Below, piece by piece: positions 25,747 through 34,035 of a stretch of DNA of 52,008 nt (position 1 is its first letter; each line of letters starts with the position of its first letter). Below the pieces are notes generated by a model that saw only the letters and a list, made by a program, of their open reading frames with translations, had not been told where the DNA came from and ran no database searches. The translations under genes and the position numbers were made by a program. This stretch comes from Patescibacteria group bacterium (GTDB taxonomy: Bacteria > Patescibacteriota > Microgenomatia > Daviesbacterales > UBA10151), in assembly GCA_038064895.1 (NCBI GenBank), contig JBBTSA010000014.1, positions 9,962 through 61,969 of the forward strand. Reading direction: 5' to 3'.

Positions 25747-26754
25747 ATGCTTGCAGTTGTAAAAGAAAAAGCTGCTCCTGGCATCTCAATTAAACAAATA
25801 TCTATCCCTAAACCTAAAAAGGATGAGGTCCTGGTAAAAGTAATTTACGCCTCAATTTGCGGAACAGACATTGGAATTTATGACTGGATTCCCTGGGCAG
25901 CTTCACATATTAAACCGCCAAAAATTATTGGCCATGAAATGGTAGGCGAAGTATTGGAGGTTAATACTAAGCAAAAAACTAATATTAGAATTGGTGATCT
26001 GGTTTCTTCAGAAACTCATATCTTTTGTTTAAACTGTTTCCAATGCCAAATTAAAAACTATCATATTTGTGAGAATATGCAACTTTTCGGGATAGGCAGG
26101 GATGGCGCATTTGCCCAAGTTACCACCAGCCCGCTTAGAACTACCTGGAAAAATGACCCTGCCATTCCAGTTGAGTCAATGAGCGTTCAAGAACCTTTGG
26201 GCAATGCTGTCAATGCAGTAGGTAAGGCCAAAGTCAAAGGTAAAAAGGTGTTAATTATGGGGCTTGGCCCAACCGGACTTTGCGCTGGAGCTGTAGCTAA
26301 AGCTTATGGAGCAAAAGAAATTGTAGGGGTCAATGATGAACCCTACAGAAGAAACCTGGCTATGAAAAGCGGCTGGTTTAACCGAAGTCTTGATATTGTA
26401 AATATCAAAGAATATAACAGTTTTGATGTTGTTTTAGAGATGAGTGGCAATAGACTGGGTATTAAAGTAGCCTTTGACGCAGTCAGAATTGCAGGGACCA
26501 TTATTGCCTTTGGTATTCCTAAAGAAAACATCTCCATAGATTGGGGTAAGTACCTGATCAATAAAGAGCTGACTATTCTTTCGGTATTTGGCCGCCAACT
26601 TTGGAGAACCTGGCATCAAACCACAGATTTATTAAAATCAGGCAGGATTGATTTATCCAAAATAATTACCCATAAATTTAAGCTTAAAGACTTTGAAAAA
26701 GCCATGAAACTTATGAAAAGCAGAAAATGCGGCAAAATCCTTTTAGAACCATGA
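25747..26754 (+). CDS. tdh: L-threonine 3-dehydrogenase
   Basis: 335 aa. Zn-ADH motifs (ICGTDIGIYDW, GHEMVGEV). The C-terminal half is collinear with E. coli Tdh as I remember it (IDW..., ITHKF..DFEKA). Confidence 0.85.
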   Translation: MLAVVKEKAAPGISIKQISIPKPKKDEVLVKVIYASICGTDIGIYDWIPWAASHIKPPKIIGHEMVGEVLEVNTKQKTNIRIGDLVSSETHIFCLNCFQCQIKNYHICENMQLFGIGRDGAFAQVTTSPLRTTWKNDPAIPVESMSVQEPLGNAVNAVGKAKVKGKKVLIMGLGPTGLCAGAVAKAYGAKEIVGVNDEPYRRNLAMKSGWFNRSLDIVNIKEYNSFDVVLEMSGNRLGIKVAFDAVRIAGTIIAFGIPKENISIDWGKYLINKELTILSVFGRQLWRTWHQTTDLLKSGRIDLSKIITHKFKLKDFEKAMKLMKSRKCGKILLEP

Positions 26755-27917
26755 TTACAGATTTCTATAATAATCTTGCAGAATCTGCAAAGGGCGGCAA
26801 AACGCCTTATGTGATTACCTCTGGACAAGGTGCGTATCTAACAATTGATGGTAAAAAGAAGCTTAATTTTTGCTCAAGCCACTATTTAGGTCTTGCTGTA
26901 AATGAAAGAATTAGAAAGGCTGCAAAAAGGGCCATTGATCAGTATGGCATAGGTACTGGCTATAGAACCTTGGCTGGAACTCACAGCTTGCATGTACAGC
27001 TAGAAGAAGCAATAGCACGTTTTAAACACGCGGAAGCAGCAATAGTTTTGACAGGTGGTTATATGACCAACTGCGCTGCAATTCAAACTATCATCGGCAA
27101 AGAGGATATTGTTATTTCAGATGAGTTAAACCATGCCTCCATTATTGATGCAATACGACTGTCTCAGGTTAAAAATAAGTTTATTTATAAACATAAGGAT
27201 GTAAGAGAGCTGGAAGACAGACTTAAAGAAGCTGTTAAGTTACAAAAAACTATTTTAATTGTTACTGATGGTGTTTTTTCTATGGATGGAGATTTAGCTC
27301 CCCTGCCCCAAATTGTGACACTGGCTAAAAAATATCATGCTTTAACCATGGTAGATGATGCGCATGGAGAAGGAGTTTTAGGTAAAGGTGGCAGAGGTAT
27401 TGTTGATCACTTTAATTTACATGGCCAAATTGATATTGAGGTAGGTACTTTGTCCAAAGCCTTTGGTGTCATGGGAGGATTTATCACTGGGAAAAAAGTG
27501 TTAATTGATTTCTATAAACAAAAGAGTAGGCAGTTTCTATTTTCCAATGCCTTAACAATTCCTGACACAGCAGCAGCTTTAGAAGGTGTAAAGATTCTTG
27601 AAGAATCGGACGAACTAGTCAAAACTTTGTGGAATAATACCAACTATCTTAAAAAAGAGTTTAAGAAACTTGGGTTTGATACAGGCCAATCCCAAACCCC
27701 GATCACCCCCATAATGATGCCTGATGAAGGTTTAGCAAGGCTTTTCAGCGCTAAACTGTTTGCACTGGATGTTTTTGCAACGCCAATTGTTTTCCCCATG
27801 GTTGCCAAGGATAAAGCCCGTATCAGAGTTATCCCTTCTGCCTCTCATAAGAAAAAAGATTTGAATTTTGGAATTCAGATGTTTGAAAGAATTGGGAAAG
27901 AGCTTAAGGTAATTTAA
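26751..27917 (+). CDS. kbl: 2-amino-3-ketobutyrate CoA ligase (glycine C-acetyltransferase)
   Basis: ATGA overlap with the tdh stop. PLP-dependent alpha-oxoamine synthase motifs (DDAHGEGVLG, GTLSKAFG). Confidence 0.85.
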   Translation: MITDFYNNLAESAKGGKTPYVITSGQGAYLTIDGKKKLNFCSSHYLGLAVNERIRKAAKRAIDQYGIGTGYRTLAGTHSLHVQLEEAIARFKHAEAAIVLTGGYMTNCAAIQTIIGKEDIVISDELNHASIIDAIRLSQVKNKFIYKHKDVRELEDRLKEAVKLQKTILIVTDGVFSMDGDLAPLPQIVTLAKKYHALTMVDDAHGEGVLGKGGRGIVDHFNLHGQIDIEVGTLSKAFGVMGGFITGKKVLIDFYKQKSRQFLFSNALTIPDTAAALEGVKILEESDELVKTLWNNTNYLKKEFKKLGFDTGQSQTPITPIMMPDEGLARLFSAKLFALDVFATPIVFPMVAKDKARIRVIPSASHKKKDLNFGIQMFERIGKELKVI

Positions 27918-29203
27918 AGTTTTTCCCTAAATTGTTCATAGCTTGTTAAGCTTGGGGTGTGATCAGTTATTTCATATTCCTGTTTAACCAGGATTTTCTT
28001 ATTATCAGGAACATCATCATATAAAGTTACTCCTGGTCCAACCAATGAGTTTGAACCTACTTTTACCCCAGGCATTGTAGAAGCATTTACCCCCACTCTA
28101 GATCCCTTTCCTGCAATTAAACCTAGTTTATGTCTTCCAGAGTCCACAAGTTCCCCTTGCACTTTAACCCTAATTGTATGGTCATCAAGCCTTAAATTTG
28201 CCAAAACTGCCCCGGATCCCATCCCAAGATCCCCTTCAATTACACTATCTCCAACATAATTTGTATGAAACCAGGAATTTGCTCCAATATAAGAGCGGGT
28301 TATATCCGAATTAAAACCTGTTACACAACCCTCCTCCAAATCTGATTCCCTAACCATAGTATTGTTCCCCACAATTACATTTTTTCCAATATAAACTGGC
28401 CCTTTTATAACTGCTCCTTCAAACACTTTTACCCCATCACTTATCACCACTGGACCAGTTATTATTGCCTTTTCAGATACCTTAGCTTCTGAGGAAATAT
28501 TTTGTTCAATAGTAGATAGAAAGTAAGCTAGGATATCCAAAATCTGCCAGGGATATTTAAGAGGAATCCAAACTCCATCATGTTTAATAAATTTTACATC
28601 CATCCCATCAGAAATCATCTGATTTAAGACTTTTTCATAAACATCATCAGACTCTGAAGTAGTTTTTTCCAAATAAGAAATGACCCTTTTCCCATCTCTA
28701 AAGTAATCACAAACCAATTTAACCAAATCCGAAGGCTCATTCCCCTCTTCTGGCTTTTCAACTATTGCCTGTACACTGTTGCCTGTTGCCTTTATATACC
28801 CTCCTGGAAAGTATTTATCCACTTTATAGCCTGCACAAACAACCTCTGCTCCACCCTTTGAAATCTGTGTATAAATTTCTTCCTCAAGAATATCTTGAGC
28901 ATTAATAACTAAAATTTCACCCTCTATAAGTTCTTTTGCAGAAAGTATGGCATCTGCCATACCTTTAGGCTCATTTTGAAGGGAAATTGTGCCTGGAATT
29001 TTAAGCTCATTTAAGATTTTTTGGATTTCTTCTTTACTTTGTGAATTAGAAACTATTATTACCTCTTCAGGATTTATAGCTTCTTTAATTTTTTTAAGAT
29101 TATGATACAAAAGGGGCTTTCCTAAAAAAGGAATTAAACACTTATCTGTTGCAATTGGCCACATTCTTTTACCTATGCCTGCTGCTAAGATTATTACTTT
29201 CAT
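27914..29203 (-). CDS. sugar-phosphate nucleotidyltransferase with C-terminal left-handed beta-helix (GlmU-like architecture)
   Basis: MKVIILAAGIGKRM (NTP-transferase G-loop) and hexapeptide-like repeats in the C-terminal half. I moved the start to Met11, because the longer ORF runs into the tRNA gene. Confidence 0.75.
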   Translation of the reverse strand: MKVIILAAGIGKRMWPIATDKCLIPFLGKPLLYHNLKKIKEAINPEEVIIVSNSQSKEEIQKILNELKIPGTISLQNEPKGMADAILSAKELIEGEILVINAQDILEEEIYTQISKGGAEVVCAGYKVDKYFPGGYIKATGNSVQAIVEKPEEGNEPSDLVKLVCDYFRDGKRVISYLEKTTSESDDVYEKVLNQMISDGMDVKFIKHDGVWIPLKYPWQILDILAYFLSTIEQNISSEAKVSEKAIITGPVVISDGVKVFEGAVIKGPVYIGKNVIVGNNTMVRESDLEEGCVTGFNSDITRSYIGANSWFHTNYVGDSVIEGDLGMGSGAVLANLRLDDHTIRVKVQGELVDSGRHKLGLIAGKGSRVGVNASTMPGVKVGSNSLVGPGVTLYDDVPDNKKILVKQEYEITDHTPSLTSYEQFREKL

Positions 29204-29206
29204 AAG

Positions 29207-29278
29207 TACCAGGGGTGGGGATCGAACCCACAACCGCCACGTTATGAATGTGGTGCTCCGCCATTGAGCTACCCTGGC
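29207..29278 (-). tRNA. tRNA with anticodon CAU (Met or Ile2)
   Basis: 72-nt cloverleaf drawn by hand: GCCAGGG/CCCTGGT acceptor stem (G1-U72), D stem GCTC/GAGC, anticodon loop TTCATAA, T arm GTGGG-TTCGATC-CCCAC, discriminator A. No encoded CCA. Confidence 0.85.
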
Positions 29279-29317
29279 GCATAAAGTATTTTACCATTTT
29301 ATGGTATTATTTTGTTC

Positions 29318-29719
29318 ATGGACTGTATTTTTTGTAAAATCATTAAAGGAGACATTCCCTCTTATAAAATTCATGAAAATGATAAATTTTATTCCTTCCT
29401 ATCTATTGGCCCACACCACGAGGGCCACACCCTAGTTATTCCAAAAACCCATGTTGATGATTTTTTTGATATGGATGAGGCCCTTCTGAAGGAAATCCTC
29501 CTCTATTCTAAACCACTGGCAGATGCCCTTGAAAGGGCATTTAAACCTAAAACAGGAAGGGTTGGAGTAGTTGTGGCAGGACTTGAGATCCCCCATGCGC
29601 ATCTACACCTAATTCCAATGGACCAAGTATCTGATTTATACTTTTCATCTGCAAAATCAGCTTCTCCAGAAGAGCTCCAGCAAACTCTTGATAAAATCAA
29701 AACAGCTTTAAAATCCTGA
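29318..29719 (+). CDS. HIT-family nucleotide hydrolase
   Basis: MDCIFCKIIKGDIP N-terminus and histidine triad HAHLHLIP. Confidence 0.85.
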   Translation: MDCIFCKIIKGDIPSYKIHENDKFYSFLSIGPHHEGHTLVIPKTHVDDFFDMDEALLKEILLYSKPLADALERAFKPKTGRVGVVVAGLEIPHAHLHLIPMDQVSDLYFSSAKSASPEELQQTLDKIKTALKS

Positions 29720-29939
29720 TTTTCCTTGCTCTTTCCCAGCTTTTTATTTCTGCTTCTCTTCTTAGAGCTTCAGATTTTGTAGGTAACTTCTCAGAGTAGA
29801 CTATTTTAAGTACTTTATGAGATCTGGTATATCTTCCACCTTTACCTTCTTTATGATCCAAAAGCCTTTTTTTAAGATTATTTGATGATCCTGTATATAA
29901 ACTTCCATCAATACATTTAATAACATACACATGCCACAT
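29697..29939 (-). CDS. GIY-YIG nuclease family protein (small, catalytic domain only)
   Basis: 80 aa. YVYVIKC..GSLYTGSSNNLKKRLLDH..., conserved Arg and Glu (ALRREAEIK). Confidence 0.8.
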   Translation of the reverse strand: MWHVYVIKCIDGSLYTGSSNNLKKRLLDHKEGKGGRYTRSHKVLKIVYSEKLPTKSEALRREAEIKSWERARKIRILKLF

Positions 29940-29941
29940 AG

Positions 29942-30619
29942 CTATTTACTAGCAAGACCACTAATCCATCCCCTAGTTTTATTAAGTAGTTCACTACTCT
30001 TACGTACTCTGATTCTCAATACCCCGTAATACTTATCTCTGTTAGAGTAATTTCTTAGCCAGGTTGATCTATGGTAAAAAGGCTTTTCAAATTGATTTAG
30101 TGGTATATTTGTTATCCTAGACCAAAAATTTTTGATTTCTCCAGTCCTATCCCTATGAGATTCATTAAACTCGGTTCGTAAAATGAAATCTTCTGATTTA
30201 ATCCTAATAGCCTTTTTAAACCATTTAATCATAAATTTGATCATTTTTGGATCTGTGTTACAAAAACCCAAACGTTTCTCTTTCAAGCTCTTAAACCCCT
30301 CCGCCCAGTAAAGAGAAAGACCTACCAAGAAAAATTCTTTATCTGTTAGATTGCTAATCTCTGCCTTTGACTTCTTCATAATCTCTGCAACTTTTATGAG
30401 TGACTTTTGATGTTTAATCTTTGCAAGTCGACGCAAATGAGAAATTCTAGCCCTACTTTTTAAAAGATTTTCGATCTGTTTTGGAGATAATTTTATCGGT
30501 TTACACCACGAGCTGGCCGTGGCTGGACTTATGCTTAGAAGTTTTGCTATTGCACGGATACTTTTACCTTTTCTCCTTAAATCTAACGCTTTGTTATATT
30601 CTTCAATCTTTCGTATCAT
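29942..30619 (-). CDS. HTH-domain protein with a LAGLIDADG-like motif (possible free-standing homing-endonuclease-like protein)
   Basis: Resolvase-type HTH (GKSIRAIAKLLSISPATASSW), then FLVGLSLYWAEGFK, which resembles a single LAGLIDADG motif. I chose the start at Met26. The nuclease call is tentative. Confidence 0.4.
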   Translation of the reverse strand: MIRKIEEYNKALDLRRKGKSIRAIAKLLSISPATASSWCKPIKLSPKQIENLLKSRARISHLRRLAKIKHQKSLIKVAEIMKKSKAEISNLTDKEFFLVGLSLYWAEGFKSLKEKRLGFCNTDPKMIKFMIKWFKKAIRIKSEDFILRTEFNESHRDRTGEIKNFWSRITNIPLNQFEKPFYHRSTWLRNYSNRDKYYGVLRIRVRKSSELLNKTRGWISGLASK

Positions 30620-30711
30620 GGAATGATAGGATGTATTTCTATTATCCAATAGTTCCAATAATATTGTCAATAGGCATTGACATATAGTCCGCATGAGGCT
30701 AAAATAGACAA

Positions 30712-30976
30712 TGCGGGGAAGTGTAACGGTTGCACGGGAGGCTCAATTTGGGCCCATTTAAGAGTAATCTTTTATGAGAACTTGGCTATATCGGTGAAAC
30801 CCTGAGCAAGTCGAAGGGTAATACCGAGGGAAGGATGTACTATACAGTACGTCCCCTGTAGAGACTACACGCCGAGCCCCTGAGTTTATCGAAGGGTGAT
30901 GATATAGTCCTACCCTTGCAGGAATGCAAGAAGGTGCATAATCTCCAGGCAGTAGGCTCAATTCCTACCCCCGCAA
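30712..30976 (+). tRNA. tRNA(CAU) interrupted by a group I intron (exons 30712-30743 and 30937-30976)
   Basis: The spliced 72-nt product folds as follows: acceptor TGCGGGG/CCCCGCA (same as the E. coli initiator stem except U1-A72), D stem GTGT/GCAC with GG loop, anticodon stem GGAGG/TCTCC, loop CT|CATAA, T arm GTAGG-CTCAATT-CCTAC, discriminator A. Confidence 0.8.
30744..30936 (+). ncRNA. group I intron (compact, IC3-like), 193 nt, no internal ORF
   Basis: 5' splice site after U33, which forms a U-G pair in P1 (30740-43 with 30751-54). P2 30759-64/30769-74. P3 30781-85/30872-76. P4 30792-95/30823-26. P5 30800-03/30815-18. P6 30827-30/30854-57. Conserved GTAGAGACTACACG at 30858-71. P7 30862-67/30905-11 with one bulge. 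P8 30878-81/30893-96. P9 CTTGCA-GGAA-TGCAAG at 30915-30. Terminal G at 30936. Confidence 0.8.
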
Positions 30977-31111
30977 CAGCGCACCATACGGTGCACTGCT
31001 GTCGCCACTCTAAAAGAGATACTTTGGAATATGATGAAGGTCCGATAACAGTAGTGCGCGTTGAGATGCGCCGAATGGCGCGTCTCCACCCCTTCTTGGT
31101 AGAATTAAATA

Positions 31112-31375
31112 ATGAGCTTTTACTATGTCTACGTTCTTCAAAGCCTTAAGTTCGATTGGATTTATGTAGGATCTTCAGCTGATTTGAGAACAAGATTTAA
31201 AAATCATAATGATGGAGAAAATCTGTCAACAAAAGGATACAAACCCTTTAATTTAATTTTCTATGAAGCCTATCTTAGTAAAAAGGATGCTTTAAGAAGA
31301 GAGGAATATTTTAAAACTACTAAAGGTAAAACTACATTAAGGACCATGTTAAAAGAATATTTCAAAAACAAGTAA
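31112..31375 (+). CDS. GIY-YIG nuclease family protein (small)
   Basis: 87 aa. YYVYVLQS...WIYVGSSADLRTRFKNH..., ALRREEYFK. Confidence 0.8.
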   Translation: MSFYYVYVLQSLKFDWIYVGSSADLRTRFKNHNDGENLSTKGYKPFNLIFYEAYLSKKDALRREEYFKTTKGKTTLRTMLKEYFKNK

Positions 31376-31415
31376 TCCTGTACCGAATGGTACGGGAAAG
31401 TGTTAAACTAAAATT

Positions 31416-32666
31416 GTGAACCAAAAAGGATTTGCACCAATTTTTGTTTTGATTGGAATTTTAGTTTTAGCTCTTATAGCAGGAGGGGTATTTTATTTAG
31501 GAAAAATAAATAATACTTCACCAGGTACTCCTTCAAAAACAGAATGGAAGGGTGTAATTTGGAATGGTAAAGGGTTTATAACTGTAAATTCCAAGGGTGA
31601 GATAGTAAAGGACCAAAATAGAAACGTTAATTCAGTTTTACCTCCAGGAATGAAGTCAAATTATATAGTTAAAAATTTCACTAGTATAAGTAACAATGGT
31701 GAGGATATATTTAAAAATGCTGTTCAGCTTCTTGATGATGGAAGACTTATATTTATTGGTTCTTCTGATATAGGTACAGCAATAAGAGAAGATACACTTT
31801 ATAGCTGGAAGTTTAATGCTCAAGAGCTACCCAAGCCATTAATGAAGTTACCTCAAGAAAAGAAGATTCGAAGATTCACCTTTTCACCTGATAAGAAAAA
31901 AGTGGCAATAATTTCAATAAGTGCAGATGAAAAAGAATTGGATAAGGAATTAGACATAATCCATATATTTAATGTTGATACTCAACAACTAATTACAAAT
32001 TTAAAAATAGATAGAGAGAATGAAGATACGGGGTTAGATAATAGATTAGCTTGGAGGGGTAATTATCTTTATGTATTTACTACTTTTCAATTTAGAGTGT
32101 TTGATATGAATAATAATCAATTATTCTATACTTCTGATAAAAGTGAGTCAGGTCCAATGGGCGATAATGTAATAATTTCTCCAGATGGATCTAAATTTAT
32201 ATATATGCCTAAACAGAAAGTGGAAGTACTTCAAGCGCTCATAAATCCAATTGAGTTAAAAATGCCTGCGCTTATAAATTATAATGCTTTTTCATTTGAT
32301 TCCAAAAAAATGTTGATTCAAAAATCTAAAAAAACTGATGGTCCCCTAATAGGAGATGAAATTGGTGAATTAAATTTAGAAAATGGGGAAGTTGATATTA
32401 TTGGATCCATAGAATCATTGGCATCTGAACTACAGTTAGATTATTCTACAAAAGAACGTTATTTTTTACTACCATTTATTGTTTACAATCCCGCAGCAGA
32501 TTATATTATTTTTCCTATTGTAGCTGATGGCAATGCTCTAAGATTTGTAGATCTTTATAGCCTAAAGTTAGATGAACAACATGCTAAAACTAATTTACTT
32601 GAAGATGTAGAGATGATTACTACTCTAAGAGACTTTGCTTTTCTCGGTTGGTATAAAACAGACTAG
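31416..32666 (+). CDS. membrane-anchored protein with PD40/TolB-like beta-propeller repeats
   Basis: 416 aa, GTG start. N-terminal anchor FAPIFVLIGILVLALIAGGVFYLG. Repeated FSPDKKKVAI / ISPDGSKFIY / FSFDSKKMLI motifs. Confidence 0.6.
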   Translation: MNQKGFAPIFVLIGILVLALIAGGVFYLGKINNTSPGTPSKTEWKGVIWNGKGFITVNSKGEIVKDQNRNVNSVLPPGMKSNYIVKNFTSISNNGEDIFKNAVQLLDDGRLIFIGSSDIGTAIREDTLYSWKFNAQELPKPLMKLPQEKKIRRFTFSPDKKKVAIISISADEKELDKELDIIHIFNVDTQQLITNLKIDRENEDTGLDNRLAWRGNYLYVFTTFQFRVFDMNNNQLFYTSDKSESGPMGDNVIISPDGSKFIYMPKQKVEVLQALINPIELKMPALINYNAFSFDSKKMLIQKSKKTDGPLIGDEIGELNLENGEVDIIGSIESLASELQLDYSTKERYFLLPFIVYNPAADYIIFPIVADGNALRFVDLYSLKLDEQHAKTNLLEDVEMITTLRDFAFLGWYKTD

Positions 32667-32684
32667 GAGGTAATGTGGTTATAT

Positions 32685-32720
32685 ATAAAAAGTTCTAACA
32701 GCATCCTCCCCCCGCAACAC
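32685..32720. repeat. 36-nt direct repeat ending in a copy of the tRNA(CAU) 3' end
   Basis: ATAAAAAGTTCTAACAgcatcctccCCCCGCAACAC. Positions 32704-32719 match tRNA 30963-30978 at 15/16 nt. Confidence 0.75.
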
Positions 32721-32769
32721 AGTGGTTAATTAGGCTATGGTAATAACCTAATCATTTAATAAGATTGTT

Positions 32770-33495
32770 TCATGAACGAGCTATAACAAGCTCTCGTTCA
32801 GGTAAAATTGGTATTGTTGGTTCCTCGTAATCCCCATCAAAGAACTGATGAAATGTTAGCTCAATACCACGGAATTTCTTAGCATCCGCAGCCAACCAAA
32901 CAAACGTTATTCGGCCAAAATCGGCATTGCCTTCCGCATCACTTTCAATCTCTACCTCACCAATATCTTTTAGATTAAAAAGGTTCTTTTCTCTGACTAT
33001 AACTGGATTACCTTCTTCAAGTGATTGCATTCTTCTGGCAACTGCTGGAGCGCTTAAATTCCAGGCAGCCATATATTTTTCCTTATTAAGTTTTACATCC
33101 ACATAAGTATTTAAAAGTCTGGCATATTCAGAAGGGCTGCGAAGTGGGAATCCAAAGCGCAATATATACGGTATCTCATCATATTCCATATCCTGAAAAG
33201 TATTTCCTTCACGGAAGACTCCCTTGAATATGACATCACCAAATGGCTTTTCTACCTGGAAACGCCCATTATTTACAAGCATTTGAGCCATTGCCTCTGG
33301 ATTTTCACTAATAATATCAACGCGCCCCTCAATGCTATGAAGTGATATTCTTCTCCTGAGTAAAAGTGTATGACTATATCTTTCTGGGATATCCATAACA
33401 TTCTCTCCCTTTTTAGGCCAATATGCCCTGCGCATCCTTGCAAAAGGCTTAATCGGTACATCCATTGGGACTACTAGAAGATTTTCTGCTGACAT
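32770..33495 (-). CDS. hypothetical protein (single-gene cassette between two direct repeats)
   Basis: 241-aa ORF with no motif recognised. Confidence 0.55.
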   Translation of the reverse strand: MSAENLLVVPMDVPIKPFARMRRAYWPKKGENVMDIPERYSHTLLLRRRISLHSIEGRVDIISENPEAMAQMLVNNGRFQVEKPFGDVIFKGVFREGNTFQDMEYDEIPYILRFGFPLRSPSEYARLLNTYVDVKLNKEKYMAAWNLSAPAVARRMQSLEEGNPVIVREKNLFNLKDIGEVEIESDAEGNADFGRITFVWLAADAKKFRGIELTFHQFFDGDYEEPTIPILPERELVIARS

Positions 33496-33546
33496 AGCCT
33501 GATATTAAAACACATTCAGTTCGTTGAATCAAATAAACTAAGCTAA

Positions 33547-33582
33547 ATAAAAAGTTCTAACATCGTTCCATCCCCGCAACAC
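33547..33582. repeat. 36-nt direct repeat, second copy
   Basis: ATAAAAAGTTCTAACAtcgttccatCCCCGCAACAC. Shares both flanks (16 nt + 11 nt) with 32685-32720. Confidence 0.75.
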
Positions 33583-33637
33583 TTCGACTCACTCCGTTCG
33601 CTCAGTGCAGGCACAGATTCGCTCCGCTCAATGCAAG
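33583..33637. repeat. GC-rich element (TTCGACTCACTCCGTTCGCTCAGTGCAGG type)
   Basis: A GC-rich block immediately after the direct repeat. It overlaps the ftsB-like stop codon and seems to supply part of that ORF's odd C-terminal tail. Confidence 0.55.
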
Positions 33638-33978
33638 AATACCCTCAACCACCCTAACCAATTAGGTAATCTGGGCTCCGAGCTTGAGGTTACTCCTAAA
33701 ATCTCCTTTATCTTCTTATCAGGAATAATTACAAGCGTCTCCCCCTCCTTTCCTAAACCAAGCTTATTTCTGGCTATTTCCTCTACAAATTCAGGCGATT
33801 TTATTTCAGATAATCTTTTTTTAAGCTCTTTATTTTTAACCTCTGATATAAAAACCCTATCAGCTGCCTGGTTTAATCTTTCAGAAACATTTAAAGTATC
33901 CGTTATTTGTTTAATAAGATTAAAGCTGATAAAGCCTACAACTAAAATTATTAAACCTATTGTAAATTTTTTAATCAT
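33628..33978 (-). CDS. septum formation initiator family protein (FtsB/DivIC-like)
   Basis: 116 aa. N-terminal TM, coiled-coil, EFVEEIARNKLGLGKEGETLVI signature. The last about 20 aa look like read-through into repeat DNA. Confidence 0.75.
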   Translation of the reverse strand: MIKKFTIGLIILVVGFISFNLIKQITDTLNVSERLNQAADRVFISEVKNKELKKRLSEIKSPEFVEEIARNKLGLGKEGETLVIIPDKKIKEILGVTSSSEPRLPNWLGWLRVFLH

Positions 33979-33997
33979 ACTGTTTGTAAATATAGCC

Positions 33998-34026
33998 TTG
34001 ACAAATCTATCCTATAAATATATAAT
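33998..34026 (+). promoter_or_regulatory. consensus sigma70-type promoter (TTGACA-N17-TATAAT) for the recombinase gene
   Basis: ttgaca at 33998-34003, 17-nt spacer, tataat at 34021-34026. The ATG is at 34036, only 9 nt after the -10 box, which implies a leaderless or near-leaderless mRNA. Confidence 0.5.
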
Positions 34027-34035
34027 ATACGTCTA

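Noticed and set aside
29204-29233. N-terminal extension MWVRSPPLVL of the nucleotidyltransferase ORF.
   Set aside because: It is encoded by the antisense strand of the tRNA(CAU) gene. The conserved G-loop starts right after the internal Met at 29203.
30737-30750. Reading exon 1 as the 5' half of a tRNA-Leu(CAA) with loop CUCAAUU.
   Set aside because: No complementary 3' anticodon-stem strand follows. The 3' half has a short 5-nt variable loop, which is not a type II tRNA. The U33/CAUAA join gives a perfect stem plus a canonical loop and places U-G at the P1 splice site and G at the intron end.
30784-30910. A 9-bp pairing GGCTATATC / GATATAGTC as P3 of the intron.
   Set aside because: It would violate the canonical order of helices, since P3' must precede P8. 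The right-hand strand is better used as the P7 3' strand (TAGTCCT), pairing with the conserved AGACTA.
30758-31149. ORFs 30758-30961(-) and 30916-31149(+).
   Set aside because: They overlap the group I intron, tRNA exon 2 and the hairpin region. The RNA interpretation explains the sequence much better.
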